Below, in pieces: positions 10,428 to 20,411 of a DNA stretch of 64,000 nucleotides. The translations under genes were made by a program, and so were the position numbers. The stretch spans positions 16,858 to 80,857 of the forward strand of contig JBKQWB010000061.1 in assembly GCA_052139735.1 (NCBI GenBank), read 5' to 3'. The first letter of the stretch is position 1, and each line of letters starts with the position of its first letter. The notes under the pieces are model-generated. The model did not search any database, was not told where the DNA came from, and worked only from the letters and a program-made list of their open reading frames with translations. The DNA comes from Smithella sp. (GTDB taxonomy: Bacteria > Desulfobacterota > Syntrophia > Syntrophales > Smithellaceae).

Positions 10428-10552
10428 GACCATTCCTAAATCAAAGCGCTATTTTTGTTGGCATAGTCGTCGGCTTCCTCAACGTATTGTCATATACGCC
10501 TCGTCGCCTCCTCCATGCCGCCTCAATATCATCTTTGATTTAGAAACGGTCT
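10427..10552. mobile_element. 126-bp MITE-like element with 20-bp imperfect TIRs
   Basis: agaccattcctaaatcaaag ... ctttgatttagaaacggtct; central ctcaacgta-N-tacgcctc hairpin; starts at the last base of the upstream stop codon. Confidence 0.75.
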
Positions 10553-10566
10553 AAGATTAAATAAAT

Positions 10567-10597
10567 AAAAAAAGCCGGATATGTTCCGGCTTTTTTT
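10567..10597. terminator. Bidirectional intrinsic terminator
   Basis: aaaaaaagccgga-tatgt-tccggctttttttt. Confidence 0.8.
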
Positions 10598-10667
10598 ATT
10601 CCGTTACAATTACTTTGTTCAAGATAATAAATTTAAGAGATAATTAAGTATACTGTCCCCAAAACTC

Positions 10668-10720
10668 CCTCGCGTTTCGGTTTTTGCGCGCCTTGCATCT
10701 GAACATTTTTAAACAGCTCC
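10668..10720 (+). mobile_element. 3' half of the ~125-bp MITE-like element
   Basis: cctcgcgtttcggtttttgcgcgccttgcatctgaacattttt matches the right halves of the 9094 and 32288 copies. Confidence 0.7.
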
Positions 10721-10770
10721 TAAACAGCGGTTTTTTTAATAGATCAAATCTTTAATTTGAAAGAAAAATT

Positions 10771-10801
10771 AAAAAAGCCGGAGATCAGCTCCGGCTTTTT
10801 T
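10771..10801. terminator. Bidirectional intrinsic terminator
   Basis: aaaaaagccggag-atcag-ctccggctttttt downstream of the MFS gene. Confidence 0.8.
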
Positions 10802-10927
10802 CTTTATTTCGGGGGGTGCGCTCTAAAATAATGTGGAGTGATCGCCTAAAGATTCGGAATCATAATCAGTCCGCCGCCGGTGCCCAAGATTCCACCGAAT
10901 ATGCCGGTGGTAAGTCCGATTAATAAA

Positions 10928-12325
10928 CTAATGATTGTTGTTGCTTCCATTATGCATTTTCCCCCTTGCAAGCGATGCGAAAATACCGCCGCAGCAAACA
11001 ACAGCCAGGATGGCAAAAATAAATTTGGTGCTCTTCAAAAGGAGAAAGCTGTTCGCTTCAGAAATTGGATGATCTCCTAAAAAAACGGCGAAAATGAGCA
11101 TGGTGATGCCCATGCTGGACATTTGACCGATAAGCCTCATTGTGCCCAGAGTGGCGGAAGCAACGCCGAAATATTTTTTTTGCACGGAGCTCATTGTGGC
11201 GTTGACATTGGGTGATGAGAAAAGCGCAAAACCTATGCCCAGTAAAACGAGGCAAAACAAAATGTAGTCGACACTTGTCTTGCTGCTAAGATATATCAGC
11301 GGGATAAGGCCCGTTACGGTAAGTGTCATGCCTATAGATGAAATAACCTGCGGTTCAAAACGATCGGACAATTTTCCGGCAAGAGGTGAAAGAAACGCCT
11401 GGACAACAGGAGCGGCAATAAGAATGATGCCGGTATGTGACGGAGTCAGCATTTTAATGTGCTGCAAATAGAGGCTAAGTAAAAACGTAACTGCAAATGT
11501 GGCGCAGTAATTAATTAGAGCGGCTAAATTGGAAAAAGCAAAAACCTTATTGTTTAAAAACAGATGTATATCCACTAAAGGAAATGGACTCTTCAACTGC
11601 TGAAATATAAATAGAGCCAGGAAAGTAATGCCTATGCCTATTAAAAATCCCGCGTTAAATGACGGCAATTGGGAAAAACCGTACATTAAAGCAAAAAGAG
11701 CGATTCCGTAAATCAGGGAACCGGTAAAATCAAAACCTTCGCTGTTTGTTCCCGACCAGTCTTCCTTAATAGTTGAATTAACAATTATTATAATAATCAA
11801 GCCCAAAATAGCCGTAAAAAGAAAAATATATCTCCATCCGAAATGCTCTGTAAGCAATCCGCCGATAAAAGGACCAATTGTTAATCCAATATATACGGCT
11901 GCCGTGTTGATTCCTATTATTTTACCACGTTCTTCAGGAGGATAAGCTGAAATAAGCAAGGCAGTGCCGGTGCTGAAGATCATTGCCCCGCCGATTCCCT
12001 GCAGGACGCGGGCGGAAATTAAGAAAAATTGAGATGGTGATAAAATGCAAAGCGAAGAAGCCACGGTAAAAATCAAAGCTCCATAGAGAAAAAATCTTCT
12101 TCGGCCATATATGTCAGCTAACCGGCCTAAAGGAATAAGGGTGATAGCGGCGGCCAGAATAAAGGATGTCGCCACCCAGCCCAGAGACAAAGCTGTCATG
12201 GATAATTCTTTGGCGATAGCAGGCAGGGCAACGTTGACTGCGGAGCCCATAAATGGCGTCAGAAAAGAGCTTAGGGTAGTAACCAGAAGAATATACAGTT
12301 GCTTTTTATTATCGGCTATCTTCAT
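10928..12325 (-). CDS. MFS transporter, DHA2 (14-TM) family
   Basis: GRLADIYGRRR motif A, ARVLQGIGGA, GPFIGG. Confidence 0.9.
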   Translation of the reverse strand: MKIADNKKQLYILLVTTLSSFLTPFMGSAVNVALPAIAKELSMTALSLGWVATSFILAAAITLIPLGRLADIYGRRRFFLYGALIFTVASSLCILSPSQFFLISARVLQGIGGAMIFSTGTALLISAYPPEERGKIIGINTAAVYIGLTIGPFIGGLLTEHFGWRYIFLFTAILGLIIIIIVNSTIKEDWSGTNSEGFDFTGSLIYGIALFALMYGFSQLPSFNAGFLIGIGITFLALFIFQQLKSPFPLVDIHLFLNNKVFAFSNLAALINYCATFAVTFLLSLYLQHIKMLTPSHTGIILIAAPVVQAFLSPLAGKLSDRFEPQVISSIGMTLTVTGLIPLIYLSSKTSVDYILFCLVLLGIGFALFSSPNVNATMSSVQKKYFGVASATLGTMRLIGQMSSMGITMLIFAVFLGDHPISEANSFLLLKSTKFIFAILAVVCCGGIFASLARGKMHNGSNNNH

Positions 12326-13813
12326 TTAGTAATTTTTATTGCGGTTGATCCATTCAAGGGGGAAAGTCTTTTTAACGAGGTCAGCGAATTTATCTTTACC
12401 GCAGGCCATCATGAGCGTGAGGGGCATAACTTTCTTTGCCTGTTTAAGCATTTTTTCTGTAAGGTTGCGGATATCCCACTGGGCGTGCTGATCTGAGCGC
12501 AAACGTGCCAGATGGTACATTTCGCGGGCATTGAATTTCATCAGCGCCCGTTTGCGGTGGGCGTTGGTCAAAACATAAGCGGCGGCAGTGGGCGCTTTCT
12601 TCCGAATTTGTTCGTAAGTGCTTTTTGTATGGCTCATAATGTCCATAAAAACCTTTTGCTGGCCGATGGCCTTAATGGAAGGAGGCACTGTCACTCCCAA
12701 TTGCGGACAATAATCCTGAGCTATTATTGTGGACATACGGTGCCTTTTTAATTGAGCAAAACAACTGGAACTCAATATTAGTTCAAATTGCAGATCGACA
12801 TTTTCCATTTCCCGCAATACAGCATCATGCGCCTGTAGATTCCCGAAAGCAGTTTTGAATAACAATTTTTTTTCTTGTGGAGTCATCTTTTCCGCGATGC
12901 TCAAACACGTGGAATAAGTTATGCAGGACGAAGAAAACAGCAAAGCGGCGGCAATCCTGTTATCGGCGGCAGGAGAAAAAGAAATCAATTGCACGTCAGA
13001 TAATATTTTAGAACAGGAGAGCTGTTTTTCTAATAAAACAGAGGTTTGTCCCCGAAGATTTTGTCTGGTGAATTTGTCGTAATCCGTCGCCTGAATGTAA
13101 CGGATAAGAGAGGGCGCAATGTCTTTCGTTGCTGCGTACAATTTTTCACTGTATTGCTTTGCCTCAGCCAAAGGATGGGCGGCCAGGCGCCTGAGCATTA
13201 ATTCCAGGTTGCGGGCGTTAATGGTCATTCCCAGTTGAGTTTGAGTTGCCATGGAAATCGTGTAGCGGGCGTCTTCCTTAGCCCAGCCTTCCAGTAGCGA
13301 CTTCTTGGAAGGATTTTCTGCCAGGGCTTTATTTTTATCAAAGATGTACGGCCTTAGTTTCTCGTAAAGAGCGCGATAGTATTCATTTTGAGTTTGGACG
13401 GTGGATTCGAACAATTCTGTCAGATTTGACTGCCTGATTTCTTCAGGGATAACGAAATCTTTGTTGAAGAGAACATAACGCTGCGATTTTTCCGTAAAGG
13501 AACATAAACGGAACTTTTCAATTTCTTCCACGAGCAGCCGGGATACGCCGATAACATCAATATTAAATACGGCATGTTCGGCAACGGAACTATGCCCCAT
13601 CTCAAAAACGATATTGCGGTTGGATGAGCGCGCTTTTTCCACTTCGTCGCGGGCGAGTTCACGCAATTCATTTACCGGTTTTGGGTTGCGGCTGATGCGG
13701 GCATAAGCCGCCGATATGGTTTCAGGTGTTAAATCCTGTTGCAATCCGCTTTTCTCTTTGAGCTTACGGATAAGATCGTAGTCCAGATTGTAGCCGGCAA
13801 GAAGAATATTCAT
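12326..13813 (-). CDS. thyX: FAD-dependent thymidylate synthase, tandem two-domain form
   Basis: GHSSVAEH, SFTEKSQRY, EDARY, NARNL in domain 1; RHRMS, NARE, HAQWDIR in domain 2. Confidence 0.85.
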   Translation of the reverse strand: MNILLAGYNLDYDLIRKLKEKSGLQQDLTPETISAAYARISRNPKPVNELRELARDEVEKARSSNRNIVFEMGHSSVAEHAVFNIDVIGVSRLLVEEIEKFRLCSFTEKSQRYVLFNKDFVIPEEIRQSNLTELFESTVQTQNEYYRALYEKLRPYIFDKNKALAENPSKKSLLEGWAKEDARYTISMATQTQLGMTINARNLELMLRRLAAHPLAEAKQYSEKLYAATKDIAPSLIRYIQATDYDKFTRQNLRGQTSVLLEKQLSCSKILSDVQLISFSPAADNRIAAALLFSSSCITYSTCLSIAEKMTPQEKKLLFKTAFGNLQAHDAVLREMENVDLQFELILSSSCFAQLKRHRMSTIIAQDYCPQLGVTVPPSIKAIGQQKVFMDIMSHTKSTYEQIRKKAPTAAAYVLTNAHRKRALMKFNAREMYHLARLRSDQHAQWDIRNLTEKMLKQAKKVMPLTLMMACGKDKFADLVKKTFPLEWINRNKNY

Positions 13814-13816
13814 AAT

Positions 13817-14623
13817 TTACAAACTCACAAGTTCCACGCGCCCCAGCGTGCGTCCGAGAAATCTTTCGCCGATTGTCTGAAATCGGTATGGCACATCACT
13901 TACACAAAATAGATAATCAGGCGGTGTGTCATTTTTATTGCCTATCTTTTGTTTATCAATCAAATCTGCGGTGATATCGGCCATTGCATCCGCCGAGTCA
14001 ATAAGAGTTACTCCTTTTCCCACGGTATCCTGCAACAATGGTTTTAGAAGAGGGTAATGCGTACAGCCCAGAACCAGCGTGTCAATTTGTTCGGCAATAA
14101 CCGTTTTTAAATATTCCTGCGCTATAAGTTTTGTTGCCGGATGATCGAACCATCCTTCTTCCACCAAAGGCACGAAAAGAGGGCAGGCCTGCGAAAATAC
14201 CTTCGCTTCTTTATCCAGAAGGTGGATAGCACGGGCGTAAGCGTTACTGTTGATCGTTGCCGGTGTCCCTATTACTCCGATTGATTTAGTGATGGTTTTT
14301 TTAGTAGCAATGCGGGCACTTGCATCAATAACTTCCAAGACGGGCACAGGGGATAAATCAACAATTGTCTGATGGGCGACTGCCGCCATGGTGTTGCAGG
14401 CAACAATCAGTAATTTAACATCTTTCTTAATCAGGAATTCGGTAATTTGCGCCGCGTAGCGATTTATTGTTTCCACCGATTTGATGCCATATGGCACACG
14501 CGCCGTATCGCCGAAATAAATGATATTTTCAAAAGGCAGGCGTTCCATCAAAGAACGGACGACTGTCAAGCCGCCGATGCCGGAATCGAATACGCCTATG
14601 GCACAATTTATTTTTGAATTCAT
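13817..14623 (-). CDS. murI: Glutamate racemase
   Basis: FDSGIGG, ACNT, LGCTHY. Confidence 0.97.
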   Translation of the reverse strand: MNSKINCAIGVFDSGIGGLTVVRSLMERLPFENIIYFGDTARVPYGIKSVETINRYAAQITEFLIKKDVKLLIVACNTMAAVAHQTIVDLSPVPVLEVIDASARIATKKTITKSIGVIGTPATINSNAYARAIHLLDKEAKVFSQACPLFVPLVEEGWFDHPATKLIAQEYLKTVIAEQIDTLVLGCTHYPLLKPLLQDTVGKGVTLIDSADAMADITADLIDKQKIGNKNDTPPDYLFCVSDVPYRFQTIGERFLGRTLGRVELVSL

Positions 14624-14826
14624 TGGTTGTTCTTTAAGGTTAAAATTTAAATGCTTGTTTACACAATGTTGCTACCGGGAAAATGTTTATCATAACTAAT
14701 CAAAATATAGCAAGATTTCTTATGGAGATTATTTATAAAGAAAGCGGATATTTATCGATTTACAATTTAATTACGGTTTCCTCATATAAACGCGGTGGAA
14801 TACAATGCCGTTGCGAAAAAGTAAAT

Positions 14827-15639
14827 TTACAGATATATTTTGCTACTCTGTTTTAGCATGCTCTCCCCGGTAATTTTTTCTATTTCTATCTTGAATGACC
14901 AGCTGTCAGATATATCATTTATTTTCAAAATATTTTCAGGGCAATTGTTTATACAATCAAAACATGCGATACATTTTTCTTTGTCGGCGTCACCGGATTT
15001 GGCTTTCATTGCTCCGGTGGGACATGATTCCTCGCAGATCAAACACATACTACAGTCCTCTCCGCCTCTGGTCGGGAGTTGTGTGAGCACGTTAAATCTG
15101 AACGATTCAAGCGAATCAAGCTGTTCTTCAGTATAATGGGTCGTCTCCAGTATGGCTTTGTCCTCACCGGTAAATCGCTTGTATGTTTTTATGGCATATT
15201 CTTTTGCCATTTCAAAACAGGATTCATCAGGTTGATCTTCCATAGCCCTCCGTCCGCGACGGTTGAAAGAATAGAAGCCCGTAAACTCCGCGGATGAAAC
15301 AATGATAAAATTCTGATTTCCTAACAGTTGTCCTGTGGAATAATGAATCGGGTGAATGCCAAATCCGCCATAGGTGAAGAAGGTGGAACATTTTTTACCC
15401 TGGCCATTAAGAGTTTTGATCCAATCTTTTACAACTTTTGGAGCCCGCCAGGAATGAATAGGCACTCCAAACACCACCGCGTGATAAGGCCTTAAATCAA
15501 TTATCTTTTGTCTATTTGCATGGGGAGTTATATCATACATGGTGACTTGGCCCCCCATCTTTACGAATGTTTCTCCAATGACCTTTGCTATTTTTCCGGT
15601 GATTCCTGTGGCTGAAAAATACAATATCAACAACTTCAT
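14827..15639 (-). CDS. EFR1-like flavodoxin + 2x[4Fe-4S] ferredoxin protein
   Basis: YFSATG flavodoxin start; CSMCLICEESCP and CIACFDCINNCP. Confidence 0.8.
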   Translation of the reverse strand: MKLLILYFSATGITGKIAKVIGETFVKMGGQVTMYDITPHANRQKIIDLRPYHAVVFGVPIHSWRAPKVVKDWIKTLNGQGKKCSTFFTYGGFGIHPIHYSTGQLLGNQNFIIVSSAEFTGFYSFNRRGRRAMEDQPDESCFEMAKEYAIKTYKRFTGEDKAILETTHYTEEQLDSLESFRFNVLTQLPTRGGEDCSMCLICEESCPTGAMKAKSGDADKEKCIACFDCINNCPENILKINDISDSWSFKIEIEKITGESMLKQSSKIYL

Positions 15640-15683
15640 GCTTTATCACAAAACATATGAACTTCGTTTTTTCCTTCTTTTAT

Positions 15684-16949
15684 TTATACTTTAAAGCCGG
15701 ACAATCTGTTAAAGTCTAACGTAGCCAGATAGTCTTTTACCGTTTCGGCGCGGCGGATTTGCACCACGTCACCGTTTTTTCTTAACAGCAATTCCGCCGA
15801 ACGAAGCTTGCCGTTATAATTGAAGCCCATGGCAAAACCATGCGCGCCGGCATCATGAATAACCACAATATCGCCGGATTCCAGTTTCGGCAAAGCGCGG
15901 TCAATAGCAAATTTATCATTGTTTTCACACAGAGAGCCGGTTACATCGTAGATAAACTTATGAGGTTTATTTTCTTTTCCCATAACGGTGATGTGATGAT
16001 AAGCGCCGTAAAGAGCGGGACGCATCAGATTGGCCATGCAGGCGTCCAGGCCGGCAAAATTTTTATAAGTGTCTTTTATATGCAGGACGCGGGAAACCAG
16101 GTATCCATAAGGGCCGGTGATATAGCGGCCGCATTCCGTAAAAAGTTTAATGGGGCCAAGACCGTTGGCAACGATGATTTGTTCATATTTTTTCCTGATG
16201 CCGCTGCTCATGGCTTTTAAGTCTATTCGTTTTTGTTCCGGCCGGTAAGGGATACCCACGCCGCCGCCAATATTGACAAAGTCAAATTTTATTTTAAGCT
16301 TTTGTGATATTTCCACTATCAGTTGAAACAATATTTCCGCGGTTTCCACGAAATAAGCTGCATCGAGTTCATTGGACGCGACCATGGTGTGAATGCCGAA
16401 TCGTTTAACGCCTTTTGCTTTGCAGATTTTATAACCTTTAAACATCTGTTCCCGTGTGAAGCCGTATTTTGCTTCTTCAGGATGACCGATAATATGATTT
16501 CCTTTTTTCAAACGGCCAGGATTGTAGCGGAAGCAAATCAATGAAGGAATGCCCGCGTATTTCTCCAGATAGTCAATATGGCTGATATCATCTAAATTAA
16601 TGATGGCTTTTAATTTTTTTGCCAGCAGAAAATCCTCCACGGGCGTGTCATTGGATGAAAACATGATTTCTTCACCGGTTATGCCTGTTTTTTGCGCCAT
16701 GATCAATTCCGAAAGCGAACTGCAATCCGCACCATAACCTTCCTTATGAAGAATTTTCATCAGGTAGGGATTGGGGGCCGCCTTGACAGCGTAAAATTCT
16801 TTAAAGCCTTCATTCCAGGAAAATGCTTGTTTGAAAGCACGCGCATTTTCGCGAATCGCTTTTTCATCATAAATGTGAAAAGGTGTAGGATATTGTTTTA
16901 TTATTTTTTCAATTTGATTTTTTGTAAAAGGCACCAGCTTTTTTGGCAT
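15684..16949 (-). CDS. lysA: Diaminopimelate decarboxylase
   Basis: FYAVKA (PLP Lys), NIGGG, ECGRY, GSLCENND, GFNYNG; ATG at 16949 behind AGGAGAG. Confidence 0.9.
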   Translation of the reverse strand: MPKKLVPFTKNQIEKIIKQYPTPFHIYDEKAIRENARAFKQAFSWNEGFKEFYAVKAAPNPYLMKILHKEGYGADCSSLSELIMAQKTGITGEEIMFSSNDTPVEDFLLAKKLKAIINLDDISHIDYLEKYAGIPSLICFRYNPGRLKKGNHIIGHPEEAKYGFTREQMFKGYKICKAKGVKRFGIHTMVASNELDAAYFVETAEILFQLIVEISQKLKIKFDFVNIGGGVGIPYRPEQKRIDLKAMSSGIRKKYEQIIVANGLGPIKLFTECGRYITGPYGYLVSRVLHIKDTYKNFAGLDACMANLMRPALYGAYHHITVMGKENKPHKFIYDVTGSLCENNDKFAIDRALPKLESGDIVVIHDAGAHGFAMGFNYNGKLRSAELLLRKNGDVVQIRRAETVKDYLATLDFNRLSGFKV

Positions 16950-17063
16950 CAAGCTCTCCTTGGTTAAATAAATTAATTTTATGTGCAATATATAACTTAA
17001 ATAAATTTACGGTAAAACAGGAAAATTATCAATATTATTTTGAGGAATTGAAAGATATTTCTA

Positions 17064-18065
17064 TTAACAGACAAAGAATTTTATGGAAAAATAGATAGCG
17101 GCAGAAATGGTAGCGGAAACAGGTATTGTTAAAATCCATGCCCAGATGATGTTGCTTGCAACGCCCCAGCGCACAGCGGAAAGTCTTCTTGTTGAACCGA
17201 CACCGACAATTGCACCGGTGATCGTATGGGTAGTGCTCACCGGTATTCCGGCTACGGACGCTCCGATAATAGAACACGCAGCAGCGGCTTCGGCGCTGAA
17301 ACCACCCATCGGACGAAGTTTAGTTATCTTTGTTCCCATCGTTTTGACAATTCGCCAGCCGCCAAACATCGTTCCCAGAGAAATCATCGTATAGCAGGCG
17401 ATAATCACCCAAATGGGAATATGAAAGGTCTTGCCCAGCAATCCTTTGCTGAAAAGAGCCATAGCAATAATGCCCATCGTTTTTTGCGCATCGTTCATGC
17501 CATGCGCTAATGAATAGACTGCTGCGGAAAAAAGCTGGAGTTTACGAAAGAGTTTATCAGATTTAGCCATATTGGAATGATGGCTAAGATTCATAACAAG
17601 AACCATGAAAACAAATCCTAACACCATGCCTATAGCAGGAGAAAGGACGATAAAAATAGTAGTTTTGGTAATGCCAGTCCAAATCAGAGTGCTTGTCCCT
17701 GCTTTGGAAACAGCTGCGCCGATCAGACCGCCTATCAGAGCATGAGATGAACTACTGGGCAACCCGTAATACCAGGTTGCGATATCCCAGATGATCGCAC
17801 CACCCAGGGCAGACAGAATCACAAGGTTATCGACAATATCAATATGGACGATTCCTTTGCCGATAGTATTTGCTACCGCTGTACCCACAAAAAATACGGC
17901 GGCAAAATTAAAAAAAGCCGCCCAAATGACAGCATATTGAGGCGAGAGAACGCGGGTGGAAACAACAGTGGAGATAGAATTGGCGGAATCATGAAAACCA
18001 TTAAGAAAGTCAAAAATAAGCGCAGCAATGATGAGGAAAACGACAAATGCCATCGAATCAAGCAT
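17064..18065 (-). CDS. pit: Inorganic phosphate transporter (PiT family)
   Basis: NGFHDSANS, GLPSSSSH, HGMNDAQK, PVSTTH. Confidence 0.95.
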   Translation of the reverse strand: MLDSMAFVVFLIIAALIFDFLNGFHDSANSISTVVSTRVLSPQYAVIWAAFFNFAAVFFVGTAVANTIGKGIVHIDIVDNLVILSALGGAIIWDIATWYYGLPSSSSHALIGGLIGAAVSKAGTSTLIWTGITKTTIFIVLSPAIGMVLGFVFMVLVMNLSHHSNMAKSDKLFRKLQLFSAAVYSLAHGMNDAQKTMGIIAMALFSKGLLGKTFHIPIWVIIACYTMISLGTMFGGWRIVKTMGTKITKLRPMGGFSAEAAAACSIIGASVAGIPVSTTHTITGAIVGVGSTRRLSAVRWGVASNIIWAWILTIPVSATISAAIYFSIKFFVC

Positions 18066-18678
18066 GTTTCAGGACAATCCCTTCCACGATGTTGGATACA
18101 TCTTCACAAACGTCAATTGCCTCTTCCAGGAGCTGAAAAATATCTTTCAATTTTATAAGTTCGATGGCGTCTTTCTCGTTTTCAAAAAGATTGGCCATAA
18201 TAGTTCTCAAAACAATATCACCGGCATTTTCCAGAGTGTTAATTTCCACGCAGCCCGCCAGAATCATTTCGGAATTTTTCATATTGCGCATTGCATGGAT
18301 GATGCTTTTCAATTTTTTTATAGATTCATTTAAAATTTCAGCTTGTTTAATGATTTCATCAGCCGGCTTTTTAACCTTATAAAGATGAACACGGACAGCT
18401 GTTGCTTCAATGACATCGATAATACTGTCCATTTTGTTTACAAGCGCGTAGATATCTTCACGATCTATCGGTGTGAGGAAAGTCTTGTGCATTTTTTCAT
18501 AAGTTTTATGGGTAATGCCGTCCGCTTCGTGTTCAATTTCTTTGAGCTTGGCAACGCTCGCTTCGGAATAATTACGGGTTTTAGCCATTTCCAGAAAAAG
18601 TTTGCCGCCTTCTTCAATTTTGTCGGCCAACTCTTCAAAAAGTTCAAAAAAATCTTCTGTTTTAGGAAAAAGACGCAT
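18058..18678 (-). CDS. DUF47 phosphate transport regulator
   Basis: EHEAD...TFLTPIDREDI; directly upstream of pit. Confidence 0.9.
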   Translation of the reverse strand: MRLFPKTEDFFELFEELADKIEEGGKLFLEMAKTRNYSEASVAKLKEIEHEADGITHKTYEKMHKTFLTPIDREDIYALVNKMDSIIDVIEATAVRVHLYKVKKPADEIIKQAEILNESIKKLKSIIHAMRNMKNSEMILAGCVEINTLENAGDIVLRTIMANLFENEKDAIELIKLKDIFQLLEEAIDVCEDVSNIVEGIVLKHA

Positions 18679-18729
18679 AAGGAAATTCTCCTTGATTGAA
18701 AGAAAAAGAATAAAAATTCTGGGAGTGCT

Positions 18730-19284
18730 CTAGCGAATTATTGGAAAAAATGCAAGTATTAAAACTACAAGAAAAACGCAAAAAGGCATTAATACCTTTT
18801 GTTTAAAGGTCTTAGAGTAAATAATTTTACTATCACCTTCGGTATAAAAATTCTTTAAAAAAGCTTCCTGATGATAGCCGCAGCTTTCATAGAACTTGTG
18901 AGTTGGTTTATATTGGTCCCGTGATGAAGTTTCCACATATATTTGTCTGCCGCCGCCGGCCGCAATGAGATTTTCCGTTTCGGCCATAAGCAGCTTTCCC
19001 AATCCGTGACCTCGCATATCTTTTAATACGGCGATCCAATAGATATCATAACTGGAATGCGTTGCGGGAATAAGACCGTAGCAGGTATATCCGACAACGC
19101 GGTTTTCTTTTTCGGCAAATAAAAACTGATAGGAGCTGTCATGCGGCTGTGTAAGTTTTTCTTCCGCCAGTTCAAGTGCAATATCTATTTCCTCGGCGGA
19201 AAAAAAGCCGCTGGATTTCACGATATCGGTAATAGCGCCTATATCGGAATGTTTTATTTGCTGGCGATAAAAAAAATCATTCAT
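18730..19284 (-). CDS. GNAT N-acetyltransferase
   Basis: YWIAV...RGHGLGK acetyl-CoA motif; ETSS..Y.PT..FYE. Confidence 0.85.
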   Translation of the reverse strand: MNDFFYRQQIKHSDIGAITDIVKSSGFFSAEEIDIALELAEEKLTQPHDSSYQFLFAEKENRVVGYTCYGLIPATHSSYDIYWIAVLKDMRGHGLGKLLMAETENLIAAGGGRQIYVETSSRDQYKPTHKFYESCGYHQEAFLKNFYTEGDSKIIYSKTFKQKVLMPFCVFLVVLILAFFPIIR

Positions 19285-19403
19285 AAAAATCAGTTTTGCG
19301 GCAAGCCGTTACGAAACATGAAATAAGCAGCTCCAACCAGACAAAGACCGGCACATTGGAAAAAAATACAATGGTTTTTAACATAAAATCTAAAGCTCCT
19401 AAA

Positions 19404-20387
19404 TTACTTCAAAGCGTTCTCAATGATCAAACCGATGGCTTCATGATATTTCATATTCGTATGTTGAAGCGCGGCGGCAAAACCGGCATCAGGCGATAAA
19501 CAGGGATTGGAATTAATCTCCAGTACCCACGGTTTGCTGTTTTTATCAACACGAAAATCAACGCGTGCGTATCCGCGAAGAGAAAAAAGATGCCAGCAGC
19601 GTAAAGCGATTTCACGCAAATCCGATATTAGGTCGATATCACTTTCCGGAAAATCATATTTTCGTATAGTGTTATTATATTCAAAGGAATCTGCTATCCA
19701 TTTCGCTTTGTAGCCTACAATTTTTGGCTTGTCTGGGGCATAGTCCTGAAATATCATTTCCGCTATGGGCAATACCTCGATCCCTTCCCTGCCGGATATG
19801 AGTGCGACGTTGAATTCCCGTCCGTCAATATACGCTTCGGCATAACAGGAGCCGCCAAGTATTTCTTTGCGAAGATTCATTTCCTGTAAAAGATTTTCGT
19901 TATTTATATAAGGGATCAGAGAATCTTCATCGAGACCGATGGAGGCGTGCTCCCATGAAGATTTGATCAAATATGTGTCGGCGGTATCTGTCCGGGAACC
20001 GAATCCCTCCTGATCCATCCAGGATGGAGTGGCAATGCCGGCATAATACATGATTTTCTTGGACAGGGGTTTATTTGATGTCTGAAATACCGCTTCTGTC
20101 GGGCAGCCGGTATAAGGAATTTGCAATATGTCGAGGATAGCAGGCGCAAAATAAATTAAACTGCCGCGGGAGTCCAGAGTTTCCACGATATTGAACACCG
20201 CATAAGGCTTCAAAGATTTCAACATTGTTATGGTGTTATTCAGGTTGAGTTCGAACGGCAAAAGTACGGCTTCGTAATTAAGAGTGCGGAGCGCCCCTGC
20301 GATGGATTGGGCCTGCTGGAGGCAATCCAATTCGTCTTCACTGGCATCCGGCGAAATATCACTGTGCAGAATAACGATCTTTTTCAT
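19404..20387 (-). CDS. ATP-grasp ligase, D-Ala-D-Ala-ligase-like (non-canonical N-terminus)
   Basis: PYTGC, EHASIG, YIDGREF, YARVDFR, LEINSNP; lacks the Ddl GGxSxE motif. Confidence 0.85.
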   Translation of the reverse strand: MKKIVILHSDISPDASEDELDCLQQAQSIAGALRTLNYEAVLLPFELNLNNTITMLKSLKPYAVFNIVETLDSRGSLIYFAPAILDILQIPYTGCPTEAVFQTSNKPLSKKIMYYAGIATPSWMDQEGFGSRTDTADTYLIKSSWEHASIGLDEDSLIPYINNENLLQEMNLRKEILGGSCYAEAYIDGREFNVALISGREGIEVLPIAEMIFQDYAPDKPKIVGYKAKWIADSFEYNNTIRKYDFPESDIDLISDLREIALRCWHLFSLRGYARVDFRVDKNSKPWVLEINSNPCLSPDAGFAAALQHTNMKYHEAIGLIIENALK

Positions 20388-20411
20388 GAATAAACTCTGC
20401 CTTATTGAAGA

